A DNA stretch of 64,000 bases from Patescibacteria group bacterium (GTDB lineage Bacteria > Patescibacteriota > Microgenomatia > Levybacterales > UBA12049), in contig BPJB01000001.1 in NCBI GenBank assembly GCA_026004395.1, forward strand, positions 327,343 through 391,342, in the 5' to 3' direction. The notes beneath the pieces were generated by a model that saw nothing but the letters and a program-made list of their open reading frames with translations, did not search any database and was not told the origin of the DNA. Within the stretch, counting starts at the first letter, position 1; each line of letters begins with the position of its first letter. This document shows, piece after piece, positions 18,652 to 28,891 of this stretch. A program made the position numbers and the translations under genes.

Positions 18652-18939
18652 ATGAATGATAGTATAAAGAAAGTTCAGCTTATTAAAATTGTATTGATGG
18701 CAAGTGTGATTGGAGTGGCGGCAGGTGTGGTGGGTACGTTAATGACAGATAAAAAGAAAAGAGAGCAAATAGTTGATACAGTAGAAGAACTGAAAAAATG
18801 GAGCGATCAAAAAATTGATGAATTAAAGAAAAAGGTAGAGAATATAAAAATAGAAGTAGATAAAAAACTTAGAACGATTGAGGAAGAGAAAACAGAATTG
18901 CAAGATCTTAAAAATGAAAAAGAGCAAGTTCTACCATAA
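18652..18939 (+). CDS. Hypothetical membrane-anchored coiled-coil protein
   Basis: One N-terminal TM helix followed by a K/E-rich heptad-like region. Confidence 0.4.
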   Translation: MNDSIKKVQLIKIVLMASVIGVAAGVVGTLMTDKKKREQIVDTVEELKKWSDQKIDELKKKVENIKIEVDKKLRTIEEEKTELQDLKNEKEQVLP

Positions 18940-18994
18940 ATAATTTAATGGTTGTATTGTATATTTGGAAAATCTCAATAATTCGTTTCTTTTA

Positions 18995-19765
18995 TTAAAG
19001 AAGATAGGGAGGAGAAATTTCTTCCAAACCCATTGAGTGTTGCGCCTCTTCTTCAAGAAGTTTATAGTTATTAATAATCAGGAATTTTCCACTTCGCCTT
19101 ACAAATCCTTTTCTTTCTAATTTTTTCATCTCTAGCGAGGTGGTTTCACGAGTTATTCCTATCATGGTGGAGATATCTTTGTGAGTTAGGGGAATTTTTA
19201 CAATAATTTCATCTCCGTGTTGTTCTCCTAATCCTTTTGCACACATAAGTAGTGTAGTTACTACTTTAGTATATGCATTATTGAAAACAAGATACTCCAT
19301 GCGTGTTAGGAATCCATCAAATTTCAGCATAAGGGTGTTTGTTAATTCAAAAAATAATTCCGAATCTTTTTTAAGAAATTGCATAAATTGTTCTTGAGGA
19401 GCTTTCCATAGTTCAAGATGTGTGATTGCTTCTAAATAGTAATTATTCACTTCATTGTTGTTAAAACCATATGTTAGGGGAAAAAAGTCATATTCTTTAA
19501 GAATGGTAAGTGTTAATTCTTCGCCATCTTCTGAAATTCTAAATACTCTTATATATCCAGATTTGATGAAAAAGATGCTTGAGGCACTATCATTGGAATG
19601 AAGTATCATTGCTCTTTTCTTATACTGAAGCAATTTATATTGTTCGAAGAAAGAAATTAATTTGTTAATTGATGACAGTTTTAACATAGTTTTTGATTTT
19701 TTTAAATTGTAATTTACGTTACAGAACAGTGATGATAATAGCTTAAAGATAATGTAAGAAATCAT
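18995..19765 (-). CDS. Crp/Fnr-family transcriptional regulator
   Basis: cNMP-binding-like N-domain plus C-terminal HTH HKDISTMIGITRETTSLEMKKLERKGFV. Confidence 0.75.
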   Translation of the reverse strand: MISYIIFKLLSSLFCNVNYNLKKSKTMLKLSSINKLISFFEQYKLLQYKKRAMILHSNDSASSIFFIKSGYIRVFRISEDGEELTLTILKEYDFFPLTYGFNNNEVNNYYLEAITHLELWKAPQEQFMQFLKKDSELFFELTNTLMLKFDGFLTRMEYLVFNNAYTKVVTTLLMCAKGLGEQHGDEIIVKIPLTHKDISTMIGITRETTSLEMKKLERKGFVRRSGKFLIINNYKLLEEEAQHSMGLEEISPPYLL

Positions 19766-19781
19766 TAAGAATGTACATTAA

Positions 19782-20993
19782 ATGTCTATTTTACCCTTTG
19801 AAAGAATTTTATTTTTTGCTAAGATCACAAACATGGAAAATATCGTAGATAAAATCAATAAATCAGCACTTAAATTTCTCTCTCCATTAACAAGTGAAGA
19901 GACTTTTAGAATTATAGTAAATGAAGCGAAGAAAATTACTAATACCGATTACGGTACTATATTTCTTAATAAAAGCGGTAAATTACAGCGAGTCTATGCA
20001 GATGCACCATTCCTGCAAAAAATAAAGCCAAGAGCAAAAGGATTTGTTTATACGGCATTTGTAAAAAAAGAACCTTCCATAGTCAAAGTTGATCAAGTAA
20101 AAAATTTTCATAAAGTACTTTATGATGAGGGTATAAAACTTATCATCCATATCCCCCTTTCCTATAGAGGCGAATCTATCGGAGTCTTATCTTTACATAG
20201 CCGTGAATTTAGGGAGATTTCTAAGCACGATTTAAATGTTCTTACTCTTCTTGGGTCGTTAGCGAGTATGGCTATTCGTAAAACCCAGTTATATGATGAG
20301 ATGAAAAATGCTATTGATACAAGGGATCTTTTTATTTCACTTGCTTCACATGAGTTGCGAACACCATTAACATCAATTAATGGATATATTCAACTTCTTT
20401 ACAATAAGCTAGGAAAGCAGAATTCTCTTGAAGCTAAATGGGTGAAAGAGCTCTATGATGAGAGCAATAGATTGACAAATCTAGTGAAGGAGCTTTTAGA
20501 AGTTAACCGAATTAAACAAGGGCAACTGAACTATTCGCTGGAAGAGTGCAGGATTGAGAATATAATAGATGATGCGATAAAAAGATTTAATTTTATTAAG
20601 CCAGATCGAAAGATAATATATACAAAAGACCTTACTGACAAAGATATTCTGATTGTGGGTGACAAAGAAAAGCTTCTTCAGGTGATTTCTGCTCTTCTTG
20701 AGAATGCCGATAAATTTTCTTCTCCCAAAATTCCGATAGCTGTCAGCCTCAAGAATACTACCCGTCAAGTAATCATCTTAATTAAAGATCAAGGAGAAGG
20801 AATTGAAAAACAAGATCTAAAGAAAGTATTTGAAGGTTTTTATAAAGGAGATAAAAGAGAATCTGAAGGGTTAGGGGTGGGATTACTGCTTGCCAAACAT
20901 ATTATTCAGTTTCATCATGGTTCTATTTCCCTCAAATCTAAAAAAAATAAAGGTACAACAGTAGAAGTCAGAATTCCTAGATTACCGTTATGA
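19782..20993 (+). CDS. GAF-domain sensor histidine kinase
   Basis: H-box LASHELRTPLTSINGY. HATPase_c G-boxes GLGVGLLLAKHI. N-terminal GAF-like region. The true start may be the ATG at 19833 (MENIVDK...), which leaves a 67-nt promoter region. Confidence 0.8.
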   Translation: MSILPFERILFFAKITNMENIVDKINKSALKFLSPLTSEETFRIIVNEAKKITNTDYGTIFLNKSGKLQRVYADAPFLQKIKPRAKGFVYTAFVKKEPSIVKVDQVKNFHKVLYDEGIKLIIHIPLSYRGESIGVLSLHSREFREISKHDLNVLTLLGSLASMAIRKTQLYDEMKNAIDTRDLFISLASHELRTPLTSINGYIQLLYNKLGKQNSLEAKWVKELYDESNRLTNLVKELLEVNRIKQGQLNYSLEECRIENIIDDAIKRFNFIKPDRKIIYTKDLTDKDILIVGDKEKLLQVISALLENADKFSSPKIPIAVSLKNTTRQVIILIKDQGEGIEKQDLKKVFEGFYKGDKRESEGLGVGLLLAKHIIQFHHGSISLKSKKNKGTTVEVRIPRLPL

Positions 20994-21075
20994 CAAAGCT
21001 GAAAGTTACTTTGGATCACTTTCTTTACTAGGAGAGATGCGGTAGAGGCAGGAGTTTAATATTAGCGCTCATGCA

Positions 21076-22175
21076 TTGCGCAATAATGAATGGGCTCATA
21101 TTGCTGAAACACAGGAGTTAATTAGAGAAGATAGAGAATATCTTCTTGCTGCACCTACTGCTGTCCATACTAGAGTATTTGTCGGACATTCAGTGATGGG
21201 GAAGACAACTATTGCAGCTCAATGGGCTAGAGTTAATGAGAATGATGAAACATTTGCGAGAGCATTATCTCATGCGGCAGGTTCACCTCGTTGAGTTTTA
21301 GGTATTCATTTTTCTCTTTCAGAAGCATTAAAGCGGGCAACATCAGAGGAGGGTTTTCCAAAAGAAGCAGCTGATGAGAAACACAGGCAGAGGGCATCTG
21401 AGTTAATAACTCAAGGAGTGGACATAACACGCAAGCTTTTTACCGGACATCCGACTCTTACGGCAATTATTTTTGTTGATGTAGTTGGAATAACGCAAAG
21501 TCATCTAGGGACAACTGCGGTTGCTCATCTTGCAAGAGGTGAGAAACAAAGACATGAGGAAGCAGAAAAAAAGGAGAGTCAACGACTGTCCTAGTAAGAT
21601 TTTTTGCACCAGAACCAAATGAATTTGTGGAGAGAGAGGGTCTTGATTTACGAGATAAAATTAGATTAATTGCTCAACAGGAGGATTTAGGAAATGTTGA
21701 TGAAATTTTCAAAGAGAAAAGAGTGTATCCAGGAAGAAGATTTAAAGGAAAAGAAGAGTTATTTGTAAAAAGTTGTGGTATGAGAGAAGCATGGGAGCGG
21801 CACTGGAGAGATATTTATCAGCAACTTATTACTACAGGTTATATTGATCCTCGTGAGACAGATATAGCTGCATTTCTTGCAGATAGTTTTGTACAAAGGT
21901 CAAATCTGTTCTCTGCATATATTTCTTGGCTACCAGAAAGACTTGAAGAGCTGGGCGTAGAAAGTGCTAACCCTGATTACTTTCGCTTCCTACCTAATAT
22001 CTTCATTCAAGATGGAATTCATACGCATTTTACTAGGTTATATCAAGAGGAGACACAAAAAGAAAGAAGAGTGGTAAATCATCATTTTCCTCTACATCTT
22101 TTGGGAGCAGACAATAATGCAATAAAAGAAGAGGAGTTGCTAACAGAAATGGGTATAGTCGAAAATAATTTCTAA
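21076..22175 (+). pseudogene. Decayed gene of unknown function (P-loop-like GHSVMGKTT motif), split by an in-frame TGA and a frameshift
   Basis: Three collinear ORF pieces: 21076-21294, then the same frame continuing to 21594 past a TGA at 21292, then a frame shift into 21627-22175. GC content is higher than surroundings. Confidence 0.45.
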
Positions 22176-22279
22176 TTTTTAGGATTAATCTAAAATACTA
22201 AAATATTTCTTTCCCTCTCCTTACATAATTTCTATCTGAATTTTATCAATTTTTATTATTGTAAAAAGGCTTTAAATTT

Positions 22280-22771
22280 ATGAGAATTGCACAAATAGCA
22301 CCTTTGTTCAGCCATATCTTTCAAAACAGATTCAATGCTAGGTGAAGTGGATGAGGCAACCCGAAATGAACTTATGAGTAAAGCTTACTGTACTTTACAT
22401 CCTGTCACTTGGCCTGAACCGTTTGGTCTCACCATCATTGAGTCAATGGCGTGCGGAAGTCCAGTAATTGGTTTTTCCATTGGGTCAATTCCTGAGATTA
22501 TCCAAAACGGAAAAACGGGATTTGTCGTTAACTCAGTATCAGAAATGGTAGAAGCAGTAAAAAAGATTCCAACGATTGATCAACGATTGATAGAGCTTAC
22601 TGTAGATCGTATGTACTCAAACATTTTACTGTAAAGAGAATGGTTGATGAATATGAAAAAATTTATAAAATAGCTCAAAAACAGCATGCATTTTTTATCA
22701 GAGTTCCATCTATTAACCGTAACAGAGTTAAAAAACAGCTAGCTATTGATTTTCTACCTGATTTTTCATAA
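22280..22771 (+). pseudogene. Remnant GT4 glycosyltransferase (internal deletion plus frameshifts), paralog of the gene at 2-301
   Basis: Piece 1, 22280-22345: GT4-type N-terminus MRIAQIAPL then a stop. Piece 2, 22335-22634: C-terminal motif HPVTWPEPFGLTIIESMACGSPV...GKTGFVV, about 60% identical to ORF 2-301. Piece 3, 22640-22771 in another frame: MVDEYEKIY, matching MSDNYEQLY of ORF 2-301. Confidence 0.65.
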
Positions 22772-22827
22772 ACGTTTAGCTTGACACTTATTGATAAATC
22801 ACTTAGATTTTAGTTAAGAATTTATTT

Positions 22828-24156
22828 TTGCTGCCCATGGATAAACATGCGTTAAGAGAACGAATTTATAAAACTCTTCTTGAGCTAGTCACAGAAGAAG
22901 GAATTAATGCATCAGGTAAGGATGAGCTATATGGATGCATTTTTGGACGCGATAGCGCAATAACGGTTCTGAAGATCCTAAGGGTAACAAGTCTCCCAAA
23001 GGCTTCTTCGTATTTTGATATTAGAAGACTTCATGATATTTGCAAAACGACTCTTCTCACACTGGTTTCTCTGCAAGGTAAAAAGTCTGTTATTGCTAGT
23101 GGGGAAGAGCCTGGGAAATTCATTCATGAGTTTCGTAAGGATAGATATGAGCACCTCCTTAAGTCAGCAAAGCCATGGTATGTTTATCCTGATGGGTATA
23201 TTCGCAATTATGATTCACTTGATGCAACACCTCTTGCTTTGATTGCGATTTATCGTTATTGGAAACAGACGCGAGATGATTCGTTTCTTCTTCGGGTTAT
23301 CTCAGCCGTTGAGTCAGGGCTCAACTGGATAATTTCTTATGCTGATAAAGACAAAGATTATCTTGTTGAGTATGAGTTGCCTAGAGATCGTACTTATGGT
23401 GGACTCTCTGTCCAATCATGGACTGATTCTTATGAATCTATCCAAAGACCAGATGGAAAGCTGCCTCCTTATCCTATAGCACCAGTTGAAGTTCAAGGAT
23501 ATACATGGTTAGCACTTAAGCTTTGGTCTGATTATTATAGAAGGACAGATCTTACAATGGCAAGAACACAGAAATTTGCAGATAAGCTTGATAGACATGC
23601 AGAGAATATGAGAAGACAATTCAATAGACTTTTTCTTTATAAAGATCAGGGATATATTTTCCCGGCCCAAGCATTAGATGGGACAAAAAAGCAAATCCGC
23701 ACAGTTACTGGTAATTCGCTTTTACTTTTATGGGCGACTTACTCTAAAAATGGAGATAAACATTCTATACTTGATGACGCATTTGTTTCTGATCTAGTAA
23801 AACGCTCATTTCTTCCTGATCTCTTTGATAAAGATGGTGGTGTACGTACGATGAGCACTCTTTCGCCAACTTTCAACCCTGGTAGAGATTCTTATCACAA
23901 TGGTAGTTTCTGGCCAAAACTCAATGGAATGAGTTTTGAAGGATTGCAAACATGGGGATTCATAGAGGAGGCAAAATTACTTGCGGATGCATCATTGAGA
24001 CCACTATCATATTTTGGGACTCCAATTGAACTCTATATTAAAGGGGAGGATGGAAACTACTATGAGTTTTGTGGACGCAACGGCCAGAAAGGATGTCGAA
24101 AGCAGGCTTGGTCTGCAGCATCTGCCCTTGAACTTCTGACAACTAGTGTTTCATAA
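22828..24156 (+). CDS. Six-hairpin glycoside hydrolase, amylo-alpha-1,6-glucosidase (GDE_C)/GH63-like
   Basis: LYGCIFGRDSAITVL resembles the glycogen-debranching/GH63 family signature. 442 aa, with (alpha/alpha)6-type composition. Confidence 0.5.
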   Translation: MLPMDKHALRERIYKTLLELVTEEGINASGKDELYGCIFGRDSAITVLKILRVTSLPKASSYFDIRRLHDICKTTLLTLVSLQGKKSVIASGEEPGKFIHEFRKDRYEHLLKSAKPWYVYPDGYIRNYDSLDATPLALIAIYRYWKQTRDDSFLLRVISAVESGLNWIISYADKDKDYLVEYELPRDRTYGGLSVQSWTDSYESIQRPDGKLPPYPIAPVEVQGYTWLALKLWSDYYRRTDLTMARTQKFADKLDRHAENMRRQFNRLFLYKDQGYIFPAQALDGTKKQIRTVTGNSLLLLWATYSKNGDKHSILDDAFVSDLVKRSFLPDLFDKDGGVRTMSTLSPTFNPGRDSYHNGSFWPKLNGMSFEGLQTWGFIEEAKLLADASLRPLSYFGTPIELYIKGEDGNYYEFCGRNGQKGCRKQAWSAASALELLTTSVS

Positions 24157-24664
24157 TTCCAATTGGAAGAGGGAGCGTAGATGTAAGTGAGTACTCTTTT
24201 GAGAGGATGAGATTGGTTAGCTCCATTGTTTTTCGCAGAGCTTCGTTAAATACGTCTAGATCTTCTCTTGATCCATGAATAGTTATATGAAATGTCCCAC
24301 GGGGATCTCTTAGCCAATTCCAGTTAGTTACACCTTCATATACAACCTGTTCCACTCCTTGTTCAAGTTTGAGAAGACATAAGTATTCAAGGAGAATATG
24401 TTCAAATAAATGTCCTACTTCTGTCTGAAGTACTTCTTTAGAAAAGGGAAGATTATCAGAGTTATAACAGGTAGATTTAAAAATACTTGGAAGATAAATT
24501 TTAAGAATAGAGGATGTATGTGGAAAGTTTTTTGTATTCACCTCAGGAATAAGTAGCCTCATAATAATTATTGTTTTTTCACGTAAACGGTTAATAGAAA
24601 GTGTATAAAGGTTTGCAGATGAAACCTTTTCCAACAATTGATCAGACAGGGGAGGCTTTGGCAT
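24143..24664 (-). CDS. Hypothetical protein
   Basis: 173-aa ORF immediately downstream of the OmpR-type regulator on the same strand. No recognisable motif. Confidence 0.35.
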   Translation of the reverse strand: MPKPPLSDQLLEKVSSANLYTLSINRLREKTIIIMRLLIPEVNTKNFPHTSSILKIYLPSIFKSTCYNSDNLPFSKEVLQTEVGHLFEHILLEYLCLLKLEQGVEQVVYEGVTNWNWLRDPRGTFHITIHGSREDLDVFNEALRKTMELTNLILSKEYSLTSTLPLPIGIMKH

Positions 24665-24801
24665 ATAATAAATTTGAAAGAGTAAATTTACTATAAAAAG
24701 ATATCAGCAAAGTGTCAAGCGAGACAATAAAAATTAATTGTAGGATTGAGAAGTAAATGAGGATATTAAAGCTTAGTTGAAGTTTAACTGGAAATGTTTT
24801 G

Positions 24802-25515
24802 TTATTCTTTGATGATATATCCAAAACCGCGAACTGAGTGAAGAAGTTTTTTCTCGTGATTTGCATCTATTTTTTTTCTTAGATATCCCATATAGACATC
24901 AACTACACGTGTTTCAATATCACTTGAGTAGAGCCAGATTCTATTAAGGATCATCTCCCGCGTAAGGATACGTCCTTTATTATTCATCAAGTATTGAAGA
25001 AGCTTAAATTCTTGAGGAGTAAGTTGGATTGGTTTGCCTGCTCTTGATACCTCAAGAGTTTTACTGTTTAATATGAGATCAGCTACTTGGAGTACTGCGT
25101 TTGTTCCGCCTTCTTTTCTTCTCAGTCGAGCTTTAATCCTAGCAAGAAATTCATCAGCAACAAATGGTTTAGTAATATAATCATCAGCTCCTAGATTCAG
25201 TCCTTGAACAATGTCACTGATACTATCTTTTGCTGTGAGAATAATAATAGGGAGATCAGGATATTTCTTGCGGATTTCTGCGCATACAGCTTCGCCACTC
25301 ATGTTGGGTAATCCAAGATCAAGTACTACAACGTCAGGTTCTGACTTTGCAATAATATTCAAAGCGACAATTCCATCATCTGCGATTTTTACAGAATAGC
25401 CATTATCAAGAAGAAGCTCTTTTAGATATTTCTGGAGTCCTTTATCATCTTCTACAACTAAAATAGTATGTACCATAACGACCAGTAGTATAGCAATATT
25501 CTTACAAATCATCAA
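24802..25515 (-). CDS. OmpR-family two-component response regulator (REC plus winged-helix)
   Basis: ILVVEDD...DLGLPNMSG receiver domain. C-terminal trans_reg_C region LTPQEFKLLQYLMNN...RGFGY. The start may instead be the ATG at 25476 (MVHTILVVEDD). Confidence 0.85.
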   Translation of the reverse strand: MMICKNIAILLVVMVHTILVVEDDKGLQKYLKELLLDNGYSVKIADDGIVALNIIAKSEPDVVVLDLGLPNMSGEAVCAEIRKKYPDLPIIILTAKDSISDIVQGLNLGADDYITKPFVADEFLARIKARLRRKEGGTNAVLQVADLILNSKTLEVSRAGKPIQLTPQEFKLLQYLMNNKGRILTREMILNRIWLYSSDIETRVVDVYMGYLRKKIDANHEKKLLHSVRGFGYIIKE

Positions 25516-25769
25516 TGGATTCTATGCATTTTCTTGCCTAGTTCTTACAATTCTTAGTGTTTCTTATCCTCTACTGCAAGAGAAGTAGAAATTTTCTGAT
25601 CTACTACTTTAGAGACATTAAAAAATCATAGAGGCTATAAAAGTCAGTATAAAAAAAATTTTCTTACATTTCTCTTTTTGCTGAGTAAATTGGCTTATTA
25701 TTTCAACATCATCATTTTTTGAATTATTTCCTATTTCTTACAGGTTTTTATTTTTTTCTTAAATTTCTC

Positions 25770-25797
25770 TTGACAGTAAAAAAACTTTTGTTATAAT
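25770..25797 (+). promoter_or_regulatory. Near-consensus sigma70-type promoter upstream of the GH18 gene
   Basis: TTGACA (25770-25775), 16-nt spacer, TGtTATAAT extended -10 (25789-25797). About 50 nt upstream of the 25851 start. Confidence 0.5.
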
Positions 25798-25850
25798 GCC
25801 TAACTCCAGTAGAGATAAGACTCATCTGGAGAAAATCATTACCTATTTGT

Positions 25851-27218
25851 ATGATTTTTACCCTGCCGAAAAGAACTGCCCAAAAAAAATTTTTTCTAAA
25901 AAAGACTTCTAACTCAAATCCCCATATTTTTTCATTTATTTCAGAAAAACATTGGTCATATATTATTCTACTTATTGCTTCTTTCTGCCTAATGCTTGTT
26001 TTTATTATCAGTTCTCAGGAAGGTCAGAAACTTATTGCTCCATTTATTTCACCTTTGCATTCTCTTAGTGAAGAGGAAACAAGAAAAGGACATGAAGTTT
26101 TTGGTTTTGCTCCCTACTGGACAATTGATAAACTTGACAATGTGGATTTTAGTATTTTGACTACATTAGCTTATTTTGGTGTACCAGTAAATTTTGATGG
26201 ATCATTGGATAAAAGTGATTATGGTTATTCGGTTTTTGAAAGTAAGAAAGCTACAGAGCTTTTTAAAAAAGCTCATGCACATGGAACGCGGGTTGTTCTT
26301 ACAATCACCCAAATGGACAATGAAACAATAGAGGCATTTTTAACAAACCCACAAGCACAACAAATAGCTATAGATGAAACTGTTGCGTTGGTAAAGGAGC
26401 GCGGAATTGATGGGATTAATATTGATTTTGAATATGTGGGAAATCCTAGTTTTGCTAATAAAAATGCATTTTCGCAATTTGTTGCGCAACTGACGGAAAA
26501 AATGCATAAAGAAGTTCCCGCTTCTCGTGTAACTGTATCTGTTTATGCGTCTTCGGCATCATCCAGCAAACTTTATGACGTTAAAAAATTGGCTGAGGTA
26601 TCTGATGGGATTTTTATGATGGCTTATGATTTTGCAGTTAAAAGCTCAAAATATGCTATGCCAACAGCACCTTTATACGGTAAAAAAGAAGGACATTATG
26701 AATATGATGTATCAACAGCAGTTGAAGATTTTCTCAAAGTTATGCCGTCCCATAAGCTGATACTGGGTGTTCCTTATTATGGATACAATTATCCAGTTGA
26801 AAATGTTGCCATAAAAGCTCCAAGACATCCTGGATATTTTACCTACTACTGGTACCGCTACAGACAGTATAGGCAATATCATAGTTATCCAGCAAAAGTA
26901 CAGACTTATTCTCTTATTCAGGAGGATATTATCAAAGCGAATGTGGATGTTCAAACCGGATGGGATGAGCATGGCCGGGTAGGATATATTGCCTATCAAG
27001 AAGATGGAGTCTGGCGAATGGTATTTATGGAAGATTCTCGTTCTTTAGGTGAGAAATATGATTTTGCAAAGTTAAAAAATCTTTCAGGTATAGGTATTTG
27101 GGCATTAGGATTTGACGCTGGAAATAATGAACTTTGGAATCTTCTCAGAGAAAAATTTGGTCCAAAGAAATTTGCCGATTCTCGAATCATAACTCGTCAA
27201 ATTAATGAGAGTAATTAA
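25851..27218 (+). CDS. Glycoside hydrolase family 18 (chitinase-like) protein, membrane-anchored/secreted
   Basis: GH18 catalytic-region motif DGINIDFEY (DxxDxDxE with the second D replaced by N). N-terminal TM/signal segment. 455 aa. Confidence 0.65.
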   Translation: MIFTLPKRTAQKKFFLKKTSNSNPHIFSFISEKHWSYIILLIASFCLMLVFIISSQEGQKLIAPFISPLHSLSEEETRKGHEVFGFAPYWTIDKLDNVDFSILTTLAYFGVPVNFDGSLDKSDYGYSVFESKKATELFKKAHAHGTRVVLTITQMDNETIEAFLTNPQAQQIAIDETVALVKERGIDGINIDFEYVGNPSFANKNAFSQFVAQLTEKMHKEVPASRVTVSVYASSASSSKLYDVKKLAEVSDGIFMMAYDFAVKSSKYAMPTAPLYGKKEGHYEYDVSTAVEDFLKVMPSHKLILGVPYYGYNYPVENVAIKAPRHPGYFTYYWYRYRQYRQYHSYPAKVQTYSLIQEDIIKANVDVQTGWDEHGRVGYIAYQEDGVWRMVFMEDSRSLGEKYDFAKLKNLSGIGIWALGFDAGNNELWNLLREKFGPKKFADSRIITRQINESN

Positions 27219-27224
27219 TTTTTT

Positions 27225-28286
27225 ATGAATGAAATATTAACATTAGTCTCTCCACAGAGATTGAAAATATTTTTTACGTCATTTCTGATAACATTTATTG
27301 TTGTATCTCTTCAGCTTGTTGGGATAGATTTGCCTCATTTTACAAACTCTATTTCTAAAGAAAAACCAGATGTTTTTGAGCAAAGAATAATACCACTACT
27401 TAAGGTAAATGAGAATAATTTTTTTCTTAAACGATCATCTCAATTTATCAAAGATGTTCATGCATCTAATCCTTGGGATGAAGCTCATGCATTCCTTGTT
27501 GTTGATATGGATAATGGTAATATTATTGCTGAGAAAAATGCCAGTCAGAAATTGCCTGTTGCTTCTCTAACAAAAATTATGACAGCGCTTGTTGCTTTGG
27601 ATCTTAGCTCTCCTGATGAACTCTTTACCGTGTCAGAAAGTGCTGCTTCGCAGATTCCCACAAAAATTGGTGTTGTTGCAGGACAAAAAATGACACTTGA
27701 GGAATTATTGCATGCGGTAATGTTAACTTCTGCAAACGATGCAGCGGAGGTCATACGTGAGGGTATAGATAAAAAATACAGAACTAAGGTCTTTGTGCGT
27801 GCTATGAATAAGAAAGCAGAGTTTTTGGGATTAAGAAATACTCATTTTACAAATCCACAAGGTTTTGATGCGCCCGATCAATTTAGTACAGCTGAAGATT
27901 TAGCTAGGCTGACACAATATGCACTCACGCATTATCCATTTTTTGCTCAGATAGTTAAAAAAGAATATATTTATCTTGAAAAGAACAAATACCACAAACA
28001 GTTTGATCTTTATAACTGGAATGGGTTGATAGGTGTTTATCCTGATGTGTTAGGGGTTAAGATTGGTAATACTGATGCTGCAAAGAAAACCACAATTGTT
28101 GTTGCAAAACGTCAAGGTAAGACTATTCTTGTTGTTTTGCTTGGTGCACCTTCAATACTTGATAGGGATTTATGGGCAGCTGAACTGTTGAATATTGGTT
28201 TTAAACGAACTTTAGGTTTGGAATCTATTCCGATTACAGATGAGATGCTTCGTGAAAAGTACGCAAGATGGAACTATTGGAACTGA
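27225..28286 (+). CDS. D-alanyl-D-alanine carboxypeptidase (serine-type, PBP5/6 family)
   Basis: SxxK motif SLTKIMTA, SxN motif TSANDAA, and a KTG-like motif KIGNTDAA. N-terminal TM anchor. Confidence 0.8.
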   Translation: MNEILTLVSPQRLKIFFTSFLITFIVVSLQLVGIDLPHFTNSISKEKPDVFEQRIIPLLKVNENNFFLKRSSQFIKDVHASNPWDEAHAFLVVDMDNGNIIAEKNASQKLPVASLTKIMTALVALDLSSPDELFTVSESAASQIPTKIGVVAGQKMTLEELLHAVMLTSANDAAEVIREGIDKKYRTKVFVRAMNKKAEFLGLRNTHFTNPQGFDAPDQFSTAEDLARLTQYALTHYPFFAQIVKKEYIYLEKNKYHKQFDLYNWNGLIGVYPDVLGVKIGNTDAAKKTTIVVAKRQGKTILVVLLGAPSILDRDLWAAELLNIGFKRTLGLESIPITDEMLREKYARWNYWN

Positions 28287-28471
28287 CAGGAAATAGTGTG
28301 AATAAGAATTTTGTTTATGTTTAACAAATTTTAAAGAAACTTTTAAAGTAAGCATGGTTTCAGAATGCAGTTTTAGTAATTGTATTGATTCTAATATCCT
28401 CTCTCTAACAAAACTAGCATAATTAAAAAAAAGAATTAGTTAAGAACATCTCTATATGCTAAAATTTTAAC

Positions 28472-28822
28472 ATGTCAACTATTCTTCTTGCAGAAGATGA
28501 TTCAGCAATTATTGAAATTGTGACCTATATTCTTCAAGGATCAGGATTTTCAGTTGTTTCAATTACAACCTCAGATGAGGTATTGGCTTATCTTAAGAAA
28601 CATAAACCATCATTAATACTTCTTGATATAAGCTTGGAAGGAGAAAAGATTGCCAGAAAAATAAAGCGTGATCCATCTACTGCTAAAATTCCTCTTCTTA
28701 TACTCTCGGCAAATCCAGAGACAGAAACAATAGCCAAAGCAACTGGAGCTGATGGTTTTCTACAAAAGCCATTTGATATGGAAGAACTTATTGCAACTGT
28801 TTCACGTTACGTTGTTTCCTAA
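28472..28822 (+). CDS. Single-domain CheY-like response regulator
   Basis: 116 aa. ILLAEDD...LLDISLEG...KIPLLILSA receiver-domain pattern. Confidence 0.75.
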   Translation: MSTILLAEDDSAIIEIVTYILQGSGFSVVSITTSDEVLAYLKKHKPSLILLDISLEGEKIARKIKRDPSTAKIPLLILSANPETETIAKATGADGFLQKPFDMEELIATVSRYVVS

Positions 28823-28891
28823 GTAAATTTTCTTCTTGAGAGCCTAAAGGGAGTATAGAGATTAATTACAAATTTTAATTATTAATTAATA

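Noticed and set aside
21292-21294. In-frame TGA could indicate an alternative genetic code (TGA=Gly, as in some CPR lineages) or selenocysteine
   Set aside because: Many flanking genes clearly terminate at TGA (for example the ATGA overlaps at 298-301, 1266-1269 and 44889-44892), and no SECIS-like context is present. A pseudogene is the simpler explanation.
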